From: an uncultured bacterium
GTDB lineage: Bacteria; T1Sed10-126
Assembly (NCBI GenBank): GCA_964566495.1
Contig: CAZMIT010000001.1
Location: 1-56,582, forward strand
Direction: 5' to 3'
DNA: 56,582 bases
Under the pieces are notes generated by a model. It did not search any database and had not been told where the DNA came from. It saw nothing but the letters and a program-made list of their open reading frames with translations. This document shows, in pieces, positions 44,601 to 50,995 of this stretch (positions are counted from its first letter, which is position 1; the number at the start of each line of letters is the position of its first letter). Made by a program: the position numbers and the translations under genes.

Positions 44601-46457
44601 CATTTCACCTTCGACTTCTGGTGGGATTACAATGTTCCAATCAGCGATTTCTGCAAGAGTATATAAAACGTTCTCCAGGGGTTCATCATACAGTTCCAGC
44701 TCCAATATCTTTGAGCGGGCGCACAACTCAAATTCAACAATTAAATCCTCTTTTGCTTGCGCTGTTACCCGAGCTGTTCTCTCGTCACCAGGAACTCGAT
44801 AAGAATCAACCACCGCCCGGCCATCCGGGCCGCTGCTTATTTTCACTTCAACACCTTCCGGCGTTAAATCGTCTTGTGAACGATCAACTTGAAGAACCCC
44901 TTTACCCGACCGGTCAATATAATGCACTCGTACATCAGGCACAGGATTACCATATTGGTCGCGAGCTTCAACGACCAGCGACTCTCGAACTAATTCCCCC
45001 CTCCGGGCCTCCTGCCGGTCGCCGGAAATCTTGACTAATTCAACCGCATCACAGGGTTCCACAACCAGATTGAAATCGACGCTTAAATCCTCAAGTCCCG
45101 GAACCCGAGCTTCAACAACCGTCGGGCCGGCTTGCTCTACAGCGATAAAAGTCAGCTCAGCCCGCCCCTGCTCGTCAGTCTTGATTTCATACTTCCCACT
45201 AAATTCTCCCCCCTCTTCCCCCAACAGCCCTTCACCCTCTACAACTTCAAAAACAACATTTTCTTCCCTGAGCGGTTCCCCCTCCTCATCCCTAACTTCA
45301 ACCACCAGGGGCTCAGCCGCTTCCTCAGTCACTTTAACCTCCTGTTGCTCTCCACTCACAACCTCTATTTGTTCTTGCACTTCTTCCGGCAGTTCCTCGA
45401 TATCCTCAAACGGTGTGTCCGGCTCGACAACCGTTGGCTCTACCTCGGGGGGCAGTTCTTTTTCATAGACATCAACAATAATTTTGTTACCGGGACTCAG
45501 CCGGTAAATCTCATAATTATCAACCCACTGGTCAAGATCGACGACAACCCTGGTTGTTTTTACGGGATCAATTCGATACTGGCTGTGCCGTATACGACGA
45601 ATATTAAACATGCCAACGCTAAGGGGAGACTGGGGAAGATCAGGTATTGTGTTTGGAATGTCAACAACAATCATTGGCGGATTATAAATACGTGAGGTTA
45701 AGTAGCTCAAGCCACCTGTGGCTTCTATGGTTATGCGAATAAACTCATCAAAAGATTCAACTTCAACTCCATGTATGACTTCCATACCAGAAGGCGGAGA
45801 TACCGGCTCCTCTGTATAAAATCGTTTTGTTTCGCCTGACTCCGTCCCTTCTAATTCCTCCGCTTGTCGTTCTTCTCTCTGAACCTCTTCTAATTCTTCC
45901 TCTTCAAGCGGATCAAATTCAGGAACAATGTCAGTATCCAAATCCTCCGCCTCTATTTCCGCCAGGGGCTCACCAACAATCTCAACTTCAGATGTATCAT
46001 AAGCAAACGGTTCCTCACCCTCTGGTTCTATCTCTTCCACCTCTTCAACTGCCACCCCCGGTTCCTCGCTGGCTAAAGTTTCTTCCTCAGAAGCTTCAGC
46101 TTCAGACTCATCGCCCTCTTGAGCAGGATCAGACCCAATCTCTTCGCTTCGGCTTTCTGGAGTTTCCGGCGACAAATCTTCTTCCTTGATTTGGTATTGA
46201 TCCGGATTCCCGCCTAACTCCTGATAAAAATCACGGGCCCTTGGTTCATCTGGATTTTGACGCAGGATCTCCGCAAACATCTCGCGCGCCTGCTGATCAT
46301 TCCCCTGGACGTATTCGTTGATTGCATCCGAAAGCTCCAGCGAAGTAGAAAAGAGGGGGACGCTCAGAAAACTTAAAAAAACTGCAACAAGCAGAAAGGT
46401 TTTCCCTATTTTCTGCCAGCACTTCCTCCATGAAGAACGACTGCGTTTGAAAAGCAT
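41616..46457 (-). CDS. pilQ: Giant type IV pilus / competence secretin PilQ with AMIN, Ig-like, multiple N-domains and ComEA-like C-terminal extension
   Basis: 1613 aa with a signal peptide and a TPR-like helix pair. It has an AMIN domain ('MIVVDIPN...TTRVVVDL'), two Big-like domains, and an STN/N0 domain ('LELYDEPLENVLYTLAEIADWNIVI'). About 8 N1-like beta-alpha-beta-beta-alpha units follow. The secretin core reads 'VLVQDGHTVVLGGLIED...GIPLLREIPVIGNLFK...LIFFITPHVI'. A 204-aa tail follows the core. Confidence 0.85.
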   Translation of the reverse strand: MLFKRSRSSWRKCWQKIGKTFLLVAVFLSFLSVPLFSTSLELSDAINEYVQGNDQQAREMFAEILRQNPDEPRARDFYQELGGNPDQYQIKEEDLSPETPESRSEEIGSDPAQEGDESEAEASEEETLASEEPGVAVEEVEEIEPEGEEPFAYDTSEVEIVGEPLAEIEAEDLDTDIVPEFDPLEEEELEEVQREERQAEELEGTESGETKRFYTEEPVSPPSGMEVIHGVEVESFDEFIRITIEATGGLSYLTSRIYNPPMIVVDIPNTIPDLPQSPLSVGMFNIRRIRHSQYRIDPVKTTRVVVDLDQWVDNYEIYRLSPGNKIIVDVYEKELPPEVEPTVVEPDTPFEDIEELPEEVQEQIEVVSGEQQEVKVTEEAAEPLVVEVRDEEGEPLREENVVFEVVEGEGLLGEEGGEFSGKYEIKTDEQGRAELTFIAVEQAGPTVVEARVPGLEDLSVDFNLVVEPCDAVELVKISGDRQEARRGELVRESLVVEARDQYGNPVPDVRVHYIDRSGKGVLQVDRSQDDLTPEGVEVKISSGPDGRAVVDSYRVPGDERTARVTAQAKEDLIVEFELCARSKILELELYDEPLENVLYTLAEIADWNIVIPPEVEGEMLSDMRVSINLDEVSALRALDTILAMHDLARVSDGNVIRIVSAAQVRREGVPVVEPEEIDLHPGSNMVTVQYSLSFLDEAQRLASDLRGALMSEEGEVFADDRRNAIVVTDYARNQRQLKKVIEGIDQPDERFDVTVIRLQYRDPEQLREEIDQLLPTGRGEIVANIAANSLLIYSDPTLLSRIELLVDKLDAPGVISDHFRFVEMEGYDVEQIADQVTAILGGQAIDLDEIDVDVDIEDPGDLEDLRIEREIEDYLNQVTIVPVETLESILLFAPPEIQEIAIEMMEAMKRRPGEYIDDRHWRWVSVHNIHFEEAASLIDRMGGITIQTTIPAQAAFLLSSTEPAYLDRLEGFLEEVDRDIEVDDGREIITYTPRQVEPDQLGDDLEDYYEDMHEFYDDELEERPRVLYAEEDLLVLVVSQNEARFIRRLLEKLEEMATVDHEVLTYSPRFVDASDLASELDDRNIGRILYEGDHRFSILIPQDNIEYYRKLIEEVDSPQIVTNVYQLRNTRAEEIVETLQEAEGADVSDFAVSFSHDGPTNTIIYSTPQNLVPQVEELIKQLDQWQRQVFIEGIILEYTLDEEEQYGARWIFDPDQSPLEEDVSLVESGGGYLGGEEFHAILNQDQFHAVLRFMEEERETEIMAKPQISAINNRSAVFSKGQTEFYDEMVGPIGERVPEQRERDAVTMLSVTPTITRDRFVRMDLELRKDDFVGDDRRDENRIENSVLVQDGHTVVLGGLIEDEISFSEFGIPLLREIPVIGNLFKTSQETVSKNELIFFITPHVIEDPADAERTTRMISEQLHQITPVPINLNIDGIHQITRLEGLAEEAEEREQIARQIIEYREEVGPFLSLDDVLEVPAVDHEVLSELLAHEIELEVDVNMVTAEELMSIKNIDPDAAQALIEKRQGLEMIRDLEICREILIEHGVDPDFYDEYLEPVFTITSPALEERDFAAPEPDREEVEEELEELDVLDEDEPDNDQREQLPDLEQF

Positions 46458-46480
46458 TTTAGAGTTACCCTTTCCTTTGT

Positions 46481-49400
46481 TTAATGGCCTAATACCTCTT
46501 TGATACGGTCAAGCCTGTGCCTCAATCTGGTTGCGTAAGGATCGTCTGGGTTGTCTTCAAGATAGGAATCCAACTCATCTGCGGCAGCGGAATAATCCTG
46601 CTGTTCAATAAGTTCTTGCACTCGGTTAAGGGTCGGCTCATCGCGAATAACTCTATTCAACTCTAAAACAGCAAGGTTTGATCGTAAACTCTTATCTACC
46701 TGGAGTTCTTCTCGCGGATAAATACGCAGAAGCGCTCGCGGCAGGGGAGGCTGACCTATCTGACGGTGTTCAAATCGTTTGACAAACCAGTTGTTAAACG
46801 AGTAGACGCTGGGATCAGTCGCCAACCGGGCCGGTCTAAAACTAACATCTACCTGGTTGCTGCCCTCTATCTCATTCACAGAGGCTGTCGCCTCCCCAGT
46901 AAAAACCAGGCGTAACTCAGCACTATCCGGACGGCGAGAGATGTAAGCACGTGAAACCCCCGGTATCTCTGGTTCTCTTTCCAATAAATCAGCCTCAATA
47001 TTAATTTCTCCGGTCCGCGAATATATAGCGTAAATTTGAGCTTCCCCATTCTCAAAAAGTTCGGGCAGAGCCTCTGACGGAGCCAGTTGTCTGCGACTGC
47101 TCGTGCGCAGTCGGACGCCGGCAAAATCCGGTGGAAGTCTCTCTATTTTGTTGTCATAAGCATCAAATATTGCCAGCTCCACAGAAAAAGCTCGGCCAGC
47201 TACTACCCGTTCCGGCGCCTGAACGCTAACTCTTTCCGGCTCTGCCGGCGAGACATAAAATCTATCCGAAAGATTTTCCAGTTCACCGGCACGCGCCGCC
47301 AGCTGAAGCTCTCCGGCCTCCTTATATTCGATAGAAGTCTCAACTTTACCCTGGCTAAAATCAGCAGCCGTCAGCCGGGCAAGCTTTTGCTCGGCCGGAA
47401 GCCCCCAAATTTCTATGTCTTCTTCCAGTTCCTCTATTTCTTCTACCGTATTTCCATAAAGATCTTCAGCAATTAAACGCACGGGAAAAGACTGACCGGC
47501 CTTTACTTCACCGGGAGTTTCCAGATACAGGCGCGCCAGTTCAGCCGGTCGCACACTAACCGGAGCCGAGCTCCCAAGAAGCCGCTCACGCCGGTCCTGT
47601 ATTTGAAGTGACATCACTTCAGCAACAAAATATTGCACATCCATAACAAATGCCGGCGCCTGCAGCTGATCAGCACTGATTTGGGCCGGAAACACCTCGC
47701 CATGACCAGTTGACTCGATGGTTAGTGGAGCAATATCTTCCGGCACCTGTTGCAGTGGATTGCCAAACCTGTCCAGCAGTTGAATCGAAACTCGCACTGT
47801 TTCCCCGGCTGTACTCTGTCCCGGTGTTCGGACCGCCACTCGATGAAAGTCTGCCGGTCTTATCTCTACCGGGCTGCTCCACTCTTCTAAATCATACTCG
47901 TAAAATTCCACAAATATTCTTGACCGCTCAGCTTTATCGCTCCTGAATTCAGCCTCATACGTGCCGTCAATAAAACGGGCCGGCGAGATTTCCCGGTCCT
48001 GGACCTCAGTTAAATCTTCCGGGGAAATTAAAACTTCACCGGCCAAATGGGCCGGATCTTCAATACGGTTACCGTAACTATCGTAAAGCGCAAGTTTAAC
48101 TTTGAAGGTTTCACCGGCTTTTGCGGTTTCGGGTGTCTCAACCATTATTTCTCCAGGCGCAGCAGGAACTATTCGTATCCTATCGCTTTCAACTGCTACT
48201 TCCTCGTCAAAAGTTTTTACCCCCAGGCGGGTTGATCTGGCTTCAGTATCACTGAACACAACCTGTGCCCGGCCATCCTCAAAAAGAGCCGGCCCGATTT
48301 CTCGATCTCTTTCCGGTCGATCACTGCTAAAAATTACGAGAGTATCACCCACTTCAGAATATCGTCGAATACGATTGCCGAACTCGTCGTAGGCTGTCAA
48401 ATGTACGTCGAACTCTTCACCGGCTGGAGCTTCGCGAGGTAATCTCACCTCAATATCAGACAGCTCGCCAGCTCTGGCCCGCATCCGCGTGCTGCGTGCC
48501 TCAACAGCTCGTTCTCTATCCTCAACCAGGATCCGGAACGTCTCCGCCCGGTCGTAGACCAATTCAGTAAAAACTACACCATCCTCAAATTCTTGCGGGC
48601 TTAGCCGCTCCGGTTCAATACTTCCCGCCCCGGTGGAATGAAGCTCCACCCCGGTCCCCACTTCGGAATAGTTTTCAATTATATTGCCAAATCGGTCCCG
48701 GGCTTCGATTGCGATTCTAAACTGACGCCCCGCCGCCACCGTTTCTGGCACAGAAACAACAAATTCAGCCAGAAGACCGGGCAAGATACTTATCGGCTCG
48801 CTCGCTTTACTAATTTCTCGCACCTCGTCCTCAACAATTAACTCCACCTCTTCTGCCACCCGGTATTGTATTTCAAATTCGACTTCCCCCTCACTAATCT
48901 CCATCGCCGGTATAAACTCAGGCTCAGGAGTTTCCTGGCCAGTCGTCCGCAGACTTAAACCATTGGTCATTTCGTGATATCTTTTCACCCGGTTGCCGTG
49001 ACGATCAAGTATTTTTATGCGCACCGGAAAGTTTGCCCCTGCTCTAGCTGTATCCGGGGTGTCAACTTCAAAAACCTCCGGTGGCCCCGAAGCTACGCTG
49101 ATTGTCTCCGACCAGCCAGTCGCAACGTTGTCAACTTCACTCGCCTTTATTCTAATTTCTTCAGATTTATCATACTGGAGGGAAAGGGTTAGCCGGCCGT
49201 CCGTAAATTCTTCCGAGTTGACCCTTGCCGGTTGCAACTCACCGGGGCCGTCCGCCGAAAGCTCAATCGTTCGCTCCATCTCATCATAATCCTCAACCGG
49301 ATTACCCTCAGCATCTACCACAGTCAGCCTGAACGAAAAATCAACGCCGGCTCGCGCTGTTGGTGGGGATTCAACTAATATTTCCTCCGGTTCTCCCGGT

Positions 49401-49507
49401 GTTACTACTACCGCGGAAGCGGGGCTGGGAAGAACTCCACCTACCATCACTATTATTAAAGAAACAAGCAAAACTGGTGAAAGAAAAAAGCATTTATTCG
49501 TGTTCAT
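46481..49507 (-). CDS. Secreted protein with eight tandem Ig-like repeats plus C-terminal AMIN-like and TPR-like modules
   Basis: It has a signal peptide. Eight units of about 100 aa share 'V.(T/A)P....AG..F.V.(I/L)...D..GN.(I/V)..Y'. It is located between the pilP-like gene and pilQ. Confidence 0.65.
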   Translation of the reverse strand: MNTNKCFFLSPVLLVSLIIVMVGGVLPSPASAVVVTPGEPEEILVESPPTARAGVDFSFRLTVVDAEGNPVEDYDEMERTIELSADGPGELQPARVNSEEFTDGRLTLSLQYDKSEEIRIKASEVDNVATGWSETISVASGPPEVFEVDTPDTARAGANFPVRIKILDRHGNRVKRYHEMTNGLSLRTTGQETPEPEFIPAMEISEGEVEFEIQYRVAEEVELIVEDEVREISKASEPISILPGLLAEFVVSVPETVAAGRQFRIAIEARDRFGNIIENYSEVGTGVELHSTGAGSIEPERLSPQEFEDGVVFTELVYDRAETFRILVEDRERAVEARSTRMRARAGELSDIEVRLPREAPAGEEFDVHLTAYDEFGNRIRRYSEVGDTLVIFSSDRPERDREIGPALFEDGRAQVVFSDTEARSTRLGVKTFDEEVAVESDRIRIVPAAPGEIMVETPETAKAGETFKVKLALYDSYGNRIEDPAHLAGEVLISPEDLTEVQDREISPARFIDGTYEAEFRSDKAERSRIFVEFYEYDLEEWSSPVEIRPADFHRVAVRTPGQSTAGETVRVSIQLLDRFGNPLQQVPEDIAPLTIESTGHGEVFPAQISADQLQAPAFVMDVQYFVAEVMSLQIQDRRERLLGSSAPVSVRPAELARLYLETPGEVKAGQSFPVRLIAEDLYGNTVEEIEELEEDIEIWGLPAEQKLARLTAADFSQGKVETSIEYKEAGELQLAARAGELENLSDRFYVSPAEPERVSVQAPERVVAGRAFSVELAIFDAYDNKIERLPPDFAGVRLRTSSRRQLAPSEALPELFENGEAQIYAIYSRTGEINIEADLLEREPEIPGVSRAYISRRPDSAELRLVFTGEATASVNEIEGSNQVDVSFRPARLATDPSVYSFNNWFVKRFEHRQIGQPPLPRALLRIYPREELQVDKSLRSNLAVLELNRVIRDEPTLNRVQELIEQQDYSAAADELDSYLEDNPDDPYATRLRHRLDRIKEVLGH

Positions 49508-49732
49508 TCTTCATCTCCCTGGTGTATTCATTATTACAGACGCTACCAAATTTACTGTATTAAACAAGAGAACATCTAAAAATGCAAGCATTATCCGTTT
49601 TCAGGCCAGTTAAAATTACCGACTACTGATTACCGATTACTGCCCTGATCTTGTAATTTCGGAGCTGCGGTCACTACGTTTCCTTGTTTGGAATAAAGTT
49701 GAAAAATCCAGTAATTGACTATCCTCTCTTTT

Positions 49733-50434
49733 TCAATAAAGATTTATATATTCTTTCAAATCTCGCCGGCGAACGGCCGGAAACTCGAGCGCGGTAGTCT
49801 CGTAACCGGGTGCTGTTAACGTAATCGCAGTGTCACTTATATTTTTCACCCTGTAATCTGTCGGACCTATAGTCTCGCCGCGACGAAGAACAAAATCTTC
49901 TTCGTCCGCTATGCTCCTTATAATTGCAACTCGATGCACATCATCAATGAAAATTCTCCCCCTCGCCTCAAATCCTTCGATTTGAGGCAATTCCTCTTCT
50001 TCAGGTTCTTCATCCGGGTCATCGGGATCGTCCGGGTCTTCAGGTTCTTCCTCGTCTTCGTCAACGACAGCTTCCACTAACTCTATGTCTTCCGGGGCAA
50101 CCAGGCCGAGTTCTCTGCGTGTAGCCAGGGGAATAAATAGGTCAGTGCCCACCAGTTCTGCGTATCTCTCCGGAAAATCAGCTTCTTCAATGTCTTCCGC
50201 TGGCTCTATTTCTATCTCATCCTCGATATCTTCAAGCGCCTCCAGCTCCGCCATCTGTTCGGAGTAATCGGCTGTTGGATCGAGGTTGTAACGCTCATAA
50301 AGGTCCTCGTGAGCCGTGTAAATACGAAATAAATAAAACCCGGCAACCAGGTTTAATACTACTAATATACCGGCCCCCGCCATAATAAGGTCAACCTTTT
50401 CATTAACCTGCTGCCAGAGCTTCTCAATATCCAT
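49733..50434 (-). CDS. pilP: PilP-like pilus assembly protein (TM-anchored, acidic linker)
   Basis: It has a TM anchor and an acidic linker. The C-terminal beta-domain pattern is 'GRIFIDDVHRVAIIRS...FVLRRGETIG..YRVKNISDTAITL'. It occupies the position after pilO. Confidence 0.5.
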   Translation of the reverse strand: MDIEKLWQQVNEKVDLIMAGAGILVVLNLVAGFYLFRIYTAHEDLYERYNLDPTADYSEQMAELEALEDIEDEIEIEPAEDIEEADFPERYAELVGTDLFIPLATRRELGLVAPEDIELVEAVVDEDEEEPEDPDDPDDPDEEPEEEELPQIEGFEARGRIFIDDVHRVAIIRSIADEEDFVLRRGETIGPTDYRVKNISDTAITLTAPGYETTALEFPAVRRRDLKEYINLY

Positions 50435-50992
50435 TTAATCCAGCTCCTCCTCGGCCTCTTCCTCCAGCATATAGGCGGCCAGTTCCAGACTAACGTCATA
50501 CTCATCCGGGTCGTCGGTAGGCGTTATATCTATATCAATAATGTCTACAAGCCGCTCCATTTCATTAAAACGCCAGAGCATTCGCGTTAATTCCCCGATT
50601 GTAATGTTATCAAAGGCAGCAATAATGCCCATGCTAACTACTTCGTCTCGCTCTTCAATCGGTCCTTCGTCAAAAGTTCTGATATTTTCTGACGAAATTC
50701 CCGCCGCTTCCGCTTCATTTTCCAATTCCACAATTAATTCCAGAAATTCGCCGCCCTCGGGAAGACGTCGCTCGGCTTCCAGCAACTGCTTCTGAATCTC
50801 CTCGTATTCATCAATTAGCTCCTCCAACCCCCTTGCCCTCGCTTGGGCTTCACGGATCCTTTCGACGTTCTGCTCAATTTCCTCCCCTCGCTCTACATAT
50901 TCCTCCCAGCCCGGTCCAATGACGTAGTAATACCCAACCACAAGAGCGGCTATTATAAGACCAATAAGCATCACTTTTTCTCGTTGTTCCAT
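50435..50992 (-). CDS. pilO: Type IV pilus assembly protein PilO
   Basis: 185 aa, with an N-terminal TM segment, a coiled coil and a ferredoxin-like C-domain. It abuts the pilP-like start (50434/50435) and lies 3 nt after pilMN. Confidence 0.7.
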   Translation of the reverse strand: MEQREKVMLIGLIIAALVVGYYYVIGPGWEEYVERGEEIEQNVERIREAQARARGLEELIDEYEEIQKQLLEAERRLPEGGEFLELIVELENEAEAAGISSENIRTFDEGPIEERDEVVSMGIIAAFDNITIGELTRMLWRFNEMERLVDIIDIDITPTDDPDEYDVSLELAAYMLEEEAEEELD

Positions 50993-50995
50993 CGC

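Noticed and set aside
45031-45468. A 145-aa Ser/Thr-rich plus-strand ORF. Other long plus-strand ORFs occur inside pilQ (44537-45034 and 45132-45695).
   Set aside because: It lies antisense to acidic or repetitive parts of a well-supported 1613-aa secretin gene. It has no RBS or motif support.
49583-49596. A sigma-54 promoter-like sequence upstream of the Ig-repeat gene (minus strand 'GGATAATGCTTGCA').
   Set aside because: The GG-to-GC spacing is 9 nt, not the strictly required 10 nt, and the -24 element is poor (cGGata versus TGGCAC). I found no convincing sigma-54 site upstream of pilMN either.
49615-49642. A tandem 14-nt direct repeat, 'attaccga(c/t)tactg' x2, in the pilP-to-Ig-repeat-gene spacer.
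   Set aside because: There are only two copies with no dyad symmetry or known consensus. It may be a regulator site, but the evidence is too thin to call.
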